64,000 bases of DNA from Candidatus Latescibacterota bacterium. Lineage in GTDB: Bacteria > Latescibacterota > UBA2968 > GCA-2709665. How positions within the stretch are numbered: position 1 is the stretch's first letter; each line of letters begins with the position of its first letter. The notes below the pieces were generated by a model. The model saw only the letters and a list, made by a program, of their open reading frames with translations, made no database searches and had not been told where the DNA came from. This document shows positions 38,420-47,259 of the stretch, in pieces. The translations under genes and the position numbers were made by a program. The stretch lies in the NCBI GenBank assembly GCA_965116875.1, contig OZ220733.1, positions 32,001 to 96,000 on the forward strand, read 5' to 3'.

Positions 38420-39160
38420 TCAGTCGCGTACGACGGTTTCCCGGTTCCTGCCTGCCCGCGATATTGAAACCAGATGTTCGAATATGCGGTCCCACACCGT
38501 TCCCGGCAACCCCTCAGGGTGAAATTGTACGCCAATGATGCGTCCGTCTTCCGATTCTATTCCTTCAATAACGCCGTCATCGCTTACCGCATTGACGCGG
38601 AGCCCGTTACCGGGTCCCTCAATGGCCTGGATGTGGGAGCTGTTCACTTCGAGGGGCTCGCCCGGCCGGCCGGTCAGGCCGGCGAGCCAGGTATCCGCCA
38701 GCGTCCTCACTCCATGCCGCACCTGCCTTCCTTCCGTCCGCCCGGGGGAATGGGCGCATTTGCCGAGTTGGGCCTGTAAATCCGCGTAAATCGCGCCGTC
38801 GAATCTGGCATTGATGAACTGCATACCGTAGCAGATGCCCAGCATTGGCAAATTCCGTTTCCGTGCGCCGTGGTAGATCCAGTTGTCCGTCTGAGCCCGG
38901 ATTGGATCTACAGGGGGCAAATCGTCGGGAAGTACGCCAATCAGACCGTCGGTAATGCCCGGACCGCCCGTTATAATCAGCCCGTCAATCAGAGTCAGTA
39001 CCGGCGCAAGCACCTCCCTCCGTTCGACCATGGGAAGAATCACCGGGCAACCGCCCGCCCGTTCCACGGCGTTGATATACGCGCAACCCACGGCCTGGCG
39101 TGAGGCGAGACCCTTCGACGTCTCGATGCTGGTTGTGATGCCGATTACCGGTCGTGACAC
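38420..39160 (-). CDS. Peptidase C26 / gamma-glutamyl-GABA hydrolase family (class I glutamine amidotransferase)
   Basis: PVIGIT, GICYGMQ, VNSSHIQ and GVQFHPE motifs. Confidence 0.88.
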   Translation of the reverse strand: MSRPVIGITTSIETSKGLASRQAVGCAYINAVERAGGCPVILPMVERREVLAPVLTLIDGLIITGGPGITDGLIGVLPDDLPPVDPIRAQTDNWIYHGARKRNLPMLGICYGMQFINARFDGAIYADLQAQLGKCAHSPGRTEGRQVRHGVRTLADTWLAGLTGRPGEPLEVNSSHIQAIEGPGNGLRVNAVSDDGVIEGIESEDGRIIGVQFHPEGLPGTVWDRIFEHLVSISRAGRNRETVVRD

Positions 39161-39193
39161 GCGTTTCTCCGCTTCTCACCCGCGACCGCGGTC

Positions 39194-39928
39194 CTAGGAT
39201 AGCATCAACCGGACCCCGATCGTCAGGACAAGGACCAGAATCGCCCTGTTGAACCAGACCGCCGACAACCCGCGATTCATCAGGATCCCCAGGCCCACGC
39301 CCGCGGCCAACGTTGGCAGCATAAGGAGATCCATGCGCCACACTTCCGGTCCCAGCAGCCCAAGGTGCACATAGGCCAGCGCTTTCATGGAATTCAACGC
39401 CAGCCCCACAAGCATCGCGGTTGCAACAAATACCCTGCCGCTCAGGCCCTGCGGTATCAGATACAGCATCAGGATAATACCGCCGGAATGGGTGAGCACC
39501 GAGACGACACCCAGCGCCACGCCGGCGGCGGCAGCGGACATAACGGGCACGCCTGGCAGTCGGTCTCTGAATGCCTGCAACAGGCCGAAGACGCACGCCA
39601 GACCGCCCAGGACCCGCCGGAACCAGAGTTCGGGTATTGCATCCAGCAAGACCCAGCCGACCAGCACGCCCACCGCCATCCCCGGAATCAGGCTCCCGAC
39701 GACCCGGGACACGCGGTACTTCCAATAATACCGAATCGCGATCAGGTCCGCCGCGAGCGAAAGCGGCAACATAACGCCCAGCGCCATCTTGGCGGGTATC
39801 ACGAGCGCCAGCAGCGGCGTCACGACCACGCCCACGCCGCCCCCGAACCCGGCTTTCATGACGCCAATGAGCAGGCCCGCCACCGCCAGCACCAGATGCG
39901 TAATATCCAAACGCCCCCCTGTTGTCAC
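39194..39928 (-). CDS. TauE/SafE (TSUP) family transporter
   Basis: KAGFGGGVG motif; about 8 TM helices. Confidence 0.82.
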   Translation of the reverse strand: MTTGGRLDITHLVLAVAGLLIGVMKAGFGGGVGVVVTPLLALVIPAKMALGVMLPLSLAADLIAIRYYWKYRVSRVVGSLIPGMAVGVLVGWVLLDAIPELWFRRVLGGLACVFGLLQAFRDRLPGVPVMSAAAAGVALGVVSVLTHSGGIILMLYLIPQGLSGRVFVATAMLVGLALNSMKALAYVHLGLLGPEVWRMDLLMLPTLAAGVGLGILMNRGLSAVWFNRAILVLVLTIGVRLMLS

Positions 39929-39937
39929 CGGACCGAT

Positions 39938-40714
39938 TTATCGGCGGCGGAACACGACTCTTTTCAGCTTCCGCAGTGCGCAAAACAGCCAGCGTACGTC
40001 TCTGACGAGCGGCAGTTTGAAGTAGAGACCGAGTCGATATTTCCGTCGGACACACCACACTGCCCGGTCGTCGGACTCCCTGCGGCTGATGTTTGCGCTG
40101 TGGATCCGGTAGAAGTAAAGGGGCTTTGGAACATAGTGCCCGCGGCCGTGCTGTCTCAGGACGACATTCAGCCAAAGGTCCCAGTCCTGATAACGCCGCA
40201 GTGTTTCGTCGAAACCGGGAAAGCTGCCTGACCGCAAGAGTGAGGCGACATCCACGTAATTACCCTCTCGCAGCCTTTCCGGCCGGAAGGGTCCGGACTT
40301 CCTGACCCCGTCCGGCTCGGGATGCCATGAGCCGTCCCCATCGGTGAAGTTGACCCGATCGCAATAGATGAAGTCCAGGTCCGGCCGCGCACGTGCCGCC
40401 TTATAGAGTTCATCCAGAAACCCGGGCGCCATATGGTTGTCCGCGTCAAAGAAGAGCACCCATTCGGCGGAAACCTGAGTGAAGCCGAAATTCCGCGCCC
40501 TGTTGGCGTTCAGGAATTCAACGCGGCGGTAATCCACCTCCGGAAACTGACGTGCGACGGCTTCGGTCTCGTCGGTGCTGGCGTCGTCCACCACCAGAAC
40601 CGACGCCGGTTTCAGCAACTGGCTTTCTATCGAATGCAGGCATTGCGACAGATAACGGCCGTAATTGTGACAGGTGACGATAACGGCAATATCCGCCTTG
40701 CGCTCTGGATTCAT
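39938..40714 (-). CDS. GT2 glycosyltransferase
   Basis: VVDDASTD, ARNFG, FFDAD and QDWDLW motifs. Confidence 0.87.
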   Translation of the reverse strand: MNPERKADIAVIVTCHNYGRYLSQCLHSIESQLLKPASVLVVDDASTDETEAVARQFPEVDYRRVEFLNANRARNFGFTQVSAEWVLFFDADNHMAPGFLDELYKAARARPDLDFIYCDRVNFTDGDGSWHPEPDGVRKSGPFRPERLREGNYVDVASLLRSGSFPGFDETLRRYQDWDLWLNVVLRQHGRGHYVPKPLYFYRIHSANISRRESDDRAVWCVRRKYRLGLYFKLPLVRDVRWLFCALRKLKRVVFRRR

Positions 40715-41724
40715 CCGTGTGCGTCCGGTGCGGGCGGGCGCGGGGAAACCCGATCGCGGGCCATTCGCAACAGTTCGACCTGGTACTCCAGCCCCAGCAG
40801 CCCATCCGCGCCCGACACGACGGGCCGACCGGCAGAATCCCGCACGCATGCGACGAAGGCGTCGACCAGGATGTGCAGAAAGTCGTCACATTGCAGGGAC
40901 TCTCTACCGTGGACGAGGCGGGCGCGGTAGATTCCATCGTCGACGACGTGCCCCTCCCAATCCACCAGAAATCCGTTGACACCGAACCGGCGGGCCGGAA
41001 TGCCCTCGTCGACGTCCCGCAGTACCAGATCCACGCCGCACCGTCCGCGGGGGCTGACGTAGTCGAATTGCGCCCGGTTCTCACGCTCATCGATTTCGCA
41101 AACGGCGGTTGTCGCATCCATCCTGCCGTCCGGAAGGAAGCCGATGACCAGACTCAACGCGTGCGGAGCGACGTCAGCCCAGATTTCCTCGCGGCGTTTC
41201 GGCCCCTTTCTTCCCTTCACCTCCATTTCCATCGAAATCCGCGTCACGGGGTCCCAGGTTCCGCGGACCCGCTCATAAAACGCCCGGTAGTGCGGTATAC
41301 CCGCCGGATACTGGGCGGACACCCCCAGCAGGCGGCCTGCGTCCTTCGCCTTCGCGACGACTGCCCGTCCGTCGGCGATAATCTCGTCCAGTTCCTTGTC
41401 TTTGTCCCAGCAGAACGGCTTCTCGCAAAGCACATGGGCGCCTGCGTCGAGCGCGGCGACCGCGTGGGCCCTGTGCATCGGATACGGGCTCGTCACCGCG
41501 ACAATGTCGGGAGTTTCGTCCTGCAACATCGTCTCCACGTCCTGATACGTCCGGCCCCTGAACCCGAAGTACGACGCCAGCCGTTCGCGGGTGCGCTCGC
41601 ACGAATCTTTCGACGTGCCCGCGAACGCAACCACCTCGCAACCGGAGAGATCGTACCACCGGGCGTGATGCTGACCGATGCCGCTGGCGCCGATAACGGC
41701 AACCCTGAGAGGCGTGTCGTCCAT
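40711..41724 (-). CDS. Gfo/Idh/MocA family oxidoreductase
   Basis: VAVIGASGIG and HVLCEKP motifs. Confidence 0.85.
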   Translation of the reverse strand: MDDTPLRVAVIGASGIGQHHARWYDLSGCEVVAFAGTSKDSCERTRERLASYFGFRGRTYQDVETMLQDETPDIVAVTSPYPMHRAHAVAALDAGAHVLCEKPFCWDKDKELDEIIADGRAVVAKAKDAGRLLGVSAQYPAGIPHYRAFYERVRGTWDPVTRISMEMEVKGRKGPKRREEIWADVAPHALSLVIGFLPDGRMDATTAVCEIDERENRAQFDYVSPRGRCGVDLVLRDVDEGIPARRFGVNGFLVDWEGHVVDDGIYRARLVHGRESLQCDDFLHILVDAFVACVRDSAGRPVVSGADGLLGLEYQVELLRMARDRVSPRPPAPDAHG

Positions 41725-41834
41725 GACAGCTCCTGGATAATGAATCCGTTGATGGTTCCATGTAAAATAGAAATCCTCCGTACCGGGGCCAATCCTTTTT
41801 TCGGCGCTTCACCTGAAAAGTCACCAACGGCCAC

Positions 41835-41877
41835 TTGACACTTTGGTATAAAATGCGTATGTTTTAAATATAAAACA
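41835..41877 (+). promoter_or_regulatory. Sigma-70 promoter with overlapping palindromic operator
   Basis: TTGACA-17 bp-TATGTT; perfect inverted repeat TGTTTTA-AATA-TAAAACA at 41860-41877. Confidence 0.6.
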
Positions 41878-42034
41878 AACGTATTTGCCATTGAACATAT
41901 GTAGTCTTTGCATAAAATCGGATCTCGTCATTCTTGTAAGTAATTCTGATGAATCGAACCCATGCGCTGCCAAACACCGAGCGGAACAGCGCTCCACATG
42001 CCGCCTCGAGGCGGCGCAAGAAAGGAAAACCGCG

Positions 42035-44317
42035 GTGAGAATCGCCCAGTCTGAACGAACAAGACGCTTTCTTTGGATTATCTTCGGTGTACCTTCAATC
42101 CTCTGGGCCGGCGGAAGCGTGGCGCTGGCCGATCACCCTGCCGCGTCTGCCGGAAACGAACCCGTCGATTCGGTTCTCTCCGAAGTCATCGTACTCGACA
42201 GAGTGATGGTCATCGGCGATCCGGACAAAATCGATGAAATCCCCGGATCGGCCCACGTTATCGGCGAGGCGCGGCTTGCCAGACAGAGCTACAACGACGT
42301 CCTGCGCGTGCTGAGAGAGGTTCCGGGCGTGAATATCCAGGAAGAGGACGGCTACGGGCTGCGGCCCAACATCGGCATGCGCGGAACCGGCGTTGAACGC
42401 AGTTCGAAGATCACGCTTATGGAAGACGGCATCCTGATGGCGCCGGCGCCGTACGTGGCCCCCGCGGCATATTACTTTCCCACCGTCGGACGTATGCAAA
42501 GCATTGAAGTCCGAAAGGGGTCCAGCCAGATCAGACATGGCCCATATACAACGGGAGGGGCACTGAACCTGATCTCCACCTCGATTCCCGATCGATTCAG
42601 CGGCAGGGCGAACCTCTCCCTCGGCCAGGACCAATCACACAATCTCCACGCGTTCGCCGGCGACTCGTACGAGCACTTCGGTTGGATGATTGAAAGTTAC
42701 CAGGCCAATACCAAAGGGTACAAGAGTCTCGACGGGGGTGGGAATACGGGTTTCGACAAGGAAGACTACGTGGCCAAGTTCCGGATCAACACGCGTGCCG
42801 GTCAGGAAGTCTACCAGGAAATTCTGCTGAAACTGGGACGCGCCAACGAAGTCTCGAACGAGACCTATCTGGGCCTGACTGACGCCGACTATGCCCGTTC
42901 GCCATATCGCAGGTACGCCGGGTCCCGGAAGGACCTGATGACGACCGGACAGGAACAGGCGGTCGTTCGCTATTTCGTCCGTGCAAACCAGGCCCTGGAT
43001 TTCACCGCGGCAGTGTATCGTACCGATTTCAGCCGGAACTGGTACAAGCTGGATCGGGTGCGCGCCTCGGTTGACGGGGACCGGGTCAAAATCGGAGACA
43101 TCCTGAAAGATCCCTCCGGTCACGCGGCGGAATACGAGATCATAACCGGAGCCACCAGTCCCAATGACAATGCCCTCGAAGTCAAGGCCAACAACCGCAG
43201 CTATTATGCAAAAGGAGCGCAGGCAATCATCGCCATGCGCAAAGATGACGGAAAATCAGCCCACGATCTGGAAATCGGACTCAGGCTGCACGAGGATCAG
43301 ATCGACCGGTTTCAGTGGGTGGACAAGTACAGGATGGATTCCGGCGCAATGAGGTTGACCCAAGCCGGGACGCGGGGAACGGAGAGCAATCGAATCGAGA
43401 CAGCAAGGGCTCTTGCTTCCTTTGCGCAGTACAAACTCACGGTCAACAGGTGGTCCGTCACACCAGGTGTGCGGTACGAGAATATCAGAATAGAACGCAG
43501 GGACTATGGAAAGACGGACCCCGGTCGTTCAGGTGCGGATCTGTCAACCCGTGAAAACAGCGTAGACGTATGGATCCCCGGCCTTGGCGTGAACTTCAGG
43601 CTTACGCCTCGCACGGTCGTCCTTGCGGGAGTCCACAAGGGCTTTTCCCCTCCGGGCTCCAGAGCGGGCGCGAAGCCGGAGGACAGCATCGGCTACGAAC
43701 TGGGTCTGCGGCATCGAAAGAACAGCCTCAAGGCAGAGGCCATCGTCTATCTCAACAGGTACGACAATCTTCTCGGAGCCGACCTCGCCGCAGCGGGTGG
43801 AACCGGTTCCGGCGATCTGTTCAATGGCGGCAAGGCCATCTCCAGGGGCATGGAACTCGAACTCCAGTTTGATCCCGCAGCCGCGTCTCAGCAGACCTTT
43901 TCGCTGCCCGTTCGACTCGCGTACACCTACACGAACGCCTCGTTCAGCAGCAGTTTCGAGAGCGAATTCGATGCCTGGGGAACCGTAACCGAAGGGGACG
44001 AGCTACCCTATATTCCCAGGCACCAATGCTTCCTGAACCTGGGCCTTGTTTTCGGACGTTGGGACCTGGACCTCGGCGGCAAGTATTCCGGAAGAATGCG
44101 AACAGCTCCCGGCGCGGGCGCCATTCCGGATCACATCAGCACGGACGCGGCTTTCGTGGTCGACTTCACCGCGGAATACCGGCTTGCCAACGGAGCGAGA
44201 CTGTTCGGCGGCGTACGCAACCTGACCGACAAGACGTACATTACCGCCCGGCGCCCGGCAGGTGTGCGACCCGGTCTTCCTCGCAGACTGATCGGCGGCG
44301 TCAAGACCGACTTTTAG
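42035..44317 (+). CDS. TonB-dependent outer-membrane receptor (FecA-like)
   Basis: Plug LREVPGV...GLRPNIGMRG, IEVRKG...GGALN; C-terminal NLTDKTY...PGLPR...DF ending in Phe. Confidence 0.92.
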   Translation: MRIAQSERTRRFLWIIFGVPSILWAGGSVALADHPAASAGNEPVDSVLSEVIVLDRVMVIGDPDKIDEIPGSAHVIGEARLARQSYNDVLRVLREVPGVNIQEEDGYGLRPNIGMRGTGVERSSKITLMEDGILMAPAPYVAPAAYYFPTVGRMQSIEVRKGSSQIRHGPYTTGGALNLISTSIPDRFSGRANLSLGQDQSHNLHAFAGDSYEHFGWMIESYQANTKGYKSLDGGGNTGFDKEDYVAKFRINTRAGQEVYQEILLKLGRANEVSNETYLGLTDADYARSPYRRYAGSRKDLMTTGQEQAVVRYFVRANQALDFTAAVYRTDFSRNWYKLDRVRASVDGDRVKIGDILKDPSGHAAEYEIITGATSPNDNALEVKANNRSYYAKGAQAIIAMRKDDGKSAHDLEIGLRLHEDQIDRFQWVDKYRMDSGAMRLTQAGTRGTESNRIETARALASFAQYKLTVNRWSVTPGVRYENIRIERRDYGKTDPGRSGADLSTRENSVDVWIPGLGVNFRLTPRTVVLAGVHKGFSPPGSRAGAKPEDSIGYELGLRHRKNSLKAEAIVYLNRYDNLLGADLAAAGGTGSGDLFNGGKAISRGMELELQFDPAAASQQTFSLPVRLAYTYTNASFSSSFESEFDAWGTVTEGDELPYIPRHQCFLNLGLVFGRWDLDLGGKYSGRMRTAPGAGAIPDHISTDAAFVVDFTAEYRLANGARLFGGVRNLTDKTYITARRPAGVRPGLPRRLIGGVKTDF

Positions 44318-44387
44318 TGTCCTGTCCCCCGAAAGTTGAACTCAGCCTCGGCCGCGCCTCCCGATCTTTCCGCAATCCGGTCGCAGC

Positions 44388-44430
44388 GGACGGCCATTCC
44401 GCCCATGAGCGGAATGGCCGTTCCTTTTGT
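44388..44430 (+). terminator. Rho-independent terminator
   Basis: ACGGCCATTCCGC-CCATGA-GCGGAATGGCCGT followed by TCCTTTT. Confidence 0.7.
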
Positions 44431-44600
44431 GGGCATGATAGGAAACCCTTGTTTTTTTTTCGCTTTTTGAGTTAATTATGGTTCCGCTTCCGATACCGGA
44501 TTGCCATGGAGACTCGCCAATCCACCATACGCGGCGCATCACGGATTCGGCGTAAGGACGTCCTGTCCGTCCCGGTCTCTCGTTCTCAAGGAGGACATCG

Positions 44601-45110
44601 ATGATAAAGGAAAACGTACAGGCTGCATTGAATCAACAGTTGAATTCAGAACTGTACGCCTCGTATTATTATCTTTCGATGTCGGCCTATTTTCACGCCA
44701 CAAACCTTACGGGATTCGCCTCCTGGATGCGCGCCCAGGCCCAGGAGGAACTGATGCACGCAATGAAGATTTACGACTTCATCAATGACAGGGAAGGCGA
44801 GGTTGCACTGACGACCGTTGCGGCGCCGAAACGCCAATGGGACGATTCACTCGCGGCGTTCGAAGATGCCTATCAGCACGAAAAGGCGGTAACCGCCCAG
44901 ATTTACGACCTGGTAGACCTAAGCGTCGAAGAACGTGACCATGCGACCAACACCTTCCTTCAGTGGTTCGTGACCGAACAGGTGGAAGAAGAGGCCACCG
45001 CAAGCGATATCGTAAACAAGCTGAAACTGGTCGGCAACGACGGCAACGGCCTGTTTCTTCTGGACAGGGACCTGGGAAGCCGAAACCAGGAATCGGACGG
45101 GGACGAATAA
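44601..45110 (+). CDS. ftnA: Non-heme ferritin
   Basis: QLNSELYASYYY, QEELMHAMK and FLQWFVTEQVEEE ferroxidase motifs. Confidence 0.94.
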   Translation: MIKENVQAALNQQLNSELYASYYYLSMSAYFHATNLTGFASWMRAQAQEELMHAMKIYDFINDREGEVALTTVAAPKRQWDDSLAAFEDAYQHEKAVTAQIYDLVDLSVEERDHATNTFLQWFVTEQVEEEATASDIVNKLKLVGNDGNGLFLLDRDLGSRNQESDGDE

Positions 45111-45204
45111 ATCACCTCGCCCCGGCGCGTTTGTTGCATCACACTGAACACCTCGGCCGACCGGCGCCGACGGAATTTCCCTGCGAAAAAATCATGATCG
45201 CATA

Positions 45205-45233
45205 TTGACAAATCGTCATTCCTATGTTATCTT
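45205..45233 (+). promoter_or_regulatory. Sigma-70 promoter
   Basis: TTGACA-17 bp-TATCTT, upstream of the structured region and sigma factor gene. Confidence 0.65.
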
Positions 45234-45239
45234 GTTATT

Positions 45240-45478
45240 TCACAGGGCTTTCTGTAAGCAGGAAGCCGCATTTGATACCGGAATCACCTGCCACCCCCTG
45301 GCAATGAAACGGTGACTCCGGCAAGTCGTGCGATCCGGCGTTACAGGATCCGGGCGGTGGAACCCCGGAGTTCCGGATCGAAATGCTACATCGGGAATCG
45401 GTTCCCCTGATCGGCTCCCGCATGAATCGTCAGTTTTCCCCGTGAGTTCAACGCCTCGCCCCTGGAGGGGTTGAACTT
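45240..45478 (+). ncRNA. Candidate structured RNA / 5' leader, family unknown
   Basis: At least six hand-found helices directly downstream of a promoter (see findings). No family recognised. Confidence 0.4.
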
Positions 45479-45500
45479 TCCGATCCTCCCTTCTCCCTTA

Positions 45501-45662
45501 GAAGCTGTTTTAAAATCCCCAGCGGTCTTCGCGCGGCTGCAAAAGCGCCGGTCGGCGTTGGTAAAGCCCACCCGTATAGACAAATATGGGCGGATTTTCC
45601 CGCCTTGACCGCCACTTTTTCGCTCGCGCTCGGGAACTCACCGGTAATTTTAATACAGCTTC
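45501..45662. mobile_element. MITE family B, complete copy (162 bp) with TTA target duplication
   Basis: TIRs GAAGCTGTTTTAAAAT / ATTTTAATACAGCTTC; TTA on both flanks (45498-45500, 45663-45665); second partial copy at 14283-14345. Confidence 0.85.
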
Positions 45663-45855
45663 TTATTCGTTTCCTCCCCTTTCCAGGTTGTGTTGTTCAC
45701 GTTCACGGTCGGCACTGTCGAACCTGTGTGTCGCGGTTCGTGCGTTCTGCACCCACGGGATCTGTCTGTGTACGGGTTCCGGGTGGCTCCTGATCGATCG
45801 TAATGATGCCGGGAACCGCCACGCAGACGACCGCACCATTGTCCGGGGGAAAGTA

Positions 45856-46737
45856 ATGCCTGCAACGGTAATGAGCCAACAGAACGGGATTTCGTCACGG
45901 GGAAAGAAGCGATCAGCACTTGAACTCTACCTTAAGGATATCGCATATAACGACCTGCTCACGCCGCAACAGGAAGTTACGTTGGCCAAACGTATCAGAG
46001 CCGGAGACCGCAAGAGCCTGGAACAGATGGTCGAATCCAACCTCCGGTTCGTCATCACGATCGCCAAGGAATATCAGGGGCGGGGATTGCCCCTTGAAGA
46101 TCTGATTGCCGAGGGAAATCTCGGTCTGGTTCGGGCGGCGACGCGGTACGATGAAACGGTGGGGGTCAAATTTACAACCTACGCAGTCTGGTGGATCCGG
46201 CAGGGCATCCTCTCCTCTCTGGCGGAAAAAGCCCGCATGGTCAGGCTGCCCGTAAACAAAATCAAACATCTGTGCCGGCTGGAGCGCATTGCATCAGGCC
46301 TCAAGCAGAAACTCGGGAGGGAACCAAGCATCGACGAGATCGCGGTGGGGGCCGAAATGCAGCCCAAGCAGGCGCAGGATCTGCTAAACGCTTCGCGTTG
46401 GCACGTGTCCCTTGATATGCCACTGGAGGAGGGTCCGGATTCGTCCCTGCTCGAGGTCCTCGAGGATAAAGACCAGGTCTCACCCGAAAACGAAGTGATG
46501 GAACAGGCGATGGCCGACGAGATCCGGGCCGCGCTCGATACCCTGTCTTCCCGCGAGGCCCGAATCCTGCGCCTTTATTTCGGAATCAACGGCGAAGATT
46601 CCATGACTCTGGAACAAATCGGCAATCAACTCAGTCTAACTAAGGAGCGCGTTCGGCAGATTCGGGACAAAGCGCTTGCATCGCTTAAACACCCGTCGCG
46701 GGTGCGAAAAATCCGGGCATACCTCACGGAGAACTGA
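45856..46737 (+). CDS. RNA polymerase sigma-70 factor (RpoD/RpoS-like, no region 1.1)
   Basis: YLKDI, NLRFVITIAK, DLIAEGNLGL, FTTYAVWWIRQ, VRLP and TLEQIG..LTKERVRQI motifs. Confidence 0.94.
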   Translation: MPATVMSQQNGISSRGKKRSALELYLKDIAYNDLLTPQQEVTLAKRIRAGDRKSLEQMVESNLRFVITIAKEYQGRGLPLEDLIAEGNLGLVRAATRYDETVGVKFTTYAVWWIRQGILSSLAEKARMVRLPVNKIKHLCRLERIASGLKQKLGREPSIDEIAVGAEMQPKQAQDLLNASRWHVSLDMPLEEGPDSSLLEVLEDKDQVSPENEVMEQAMADEIRAALDTLSSREARILRLYFGINGEDSMTLEQIGNQLSLTKERVRQIRDKALASLKHPSRVRKIRAYLTEN

Positions 46738-46742
46738 GAACC

Positions 46743-47177
46743 GTGGCACACGATACCCTCAAGAATCCGGAATTTTCCCTCAGGGGCGCCGTTACACCTG
46801 TGCTGGATATTGTGGGCGTACATCACATCACGCTGGTTGCGCGAGATCTGGATCGATCCAGGTCCTTCTATGAGAAATTCCTGGGACTGAGCCCGATTCC
46901 GAGGCCCGATTATGATTTCGAAGGCGCCTGGTACCAATGTGGAAGCCTGGAGATTCACCTGCTGGTGGCGGAAGAACACCGCGATCCGTCCAGGCGACAC
47001 ATCGCGTTCGAGGTTTCGGACTTTGACCGCGTCGTCAAGTCTCTGGACGGCGGGTGGGTACACGTTGTCGGCGGCCCGGGCATCAGACCGCACGACGGGA
47101 GCCGCTTTGTGTTTCTCCATGATCCCGATGGCAACCTGATTGAAATCACGTCTCGAGAGGCGACGCGACAGAATTGA
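46743..47177 (+). CDS. VOC/glyoxalase family protein
   Basis: HHITL, HIAFEV and DPDGNLIEI motifs; start uncertain. Confidence 0.88.
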   Translation: MAHDTLKNPEFSLRGAVTPVLDIVGVHHITLVARDLDRSRSFYEKFLGLSPIPRPDYDFEGAWYQCGSLEIHLLVAEEHRDPSRRHIAFEVSDFDRVVKSLDGGWVHVVGGPGIRPHDGSRFVFLHDPDGNLIEITSREATRQN

Positions 47178-47193
47178 ATGATTGTAGAGTTGG

Positions 47194-47237
47194 GACGAAG
47201 AACGGGCCGCGATGGACATCGCGGCCCGTTCTTCGTC
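47194..47237. terminator. Perfect 20-bp hairpin between convergent genes
   Basis: GACGAAGAACGGGCCGCGAT-GGAC-ATCGCGGCCCGTTCTTCGTC. Confidence 0.65.
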
Positions 47238-47259
47238 TGGCGTAATCCTTCCTGAGGCG

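Noticed and set aside
45240-45430. Assignment of the structured region to a lysine, cobalamin or c-di-AMP riboswitch, SRP, 6S or tmRNA
   Set aside because: Only weak resemblance; the conserved cores of those families were not found by eye, so it is left unassigned.
45586-45855. 90-aa N-terminal extension of the sigma factor in the ORF track
   Set aside because: It starts inside MITE B; the better start is ATG 45856 behind a purine-rich RBS.
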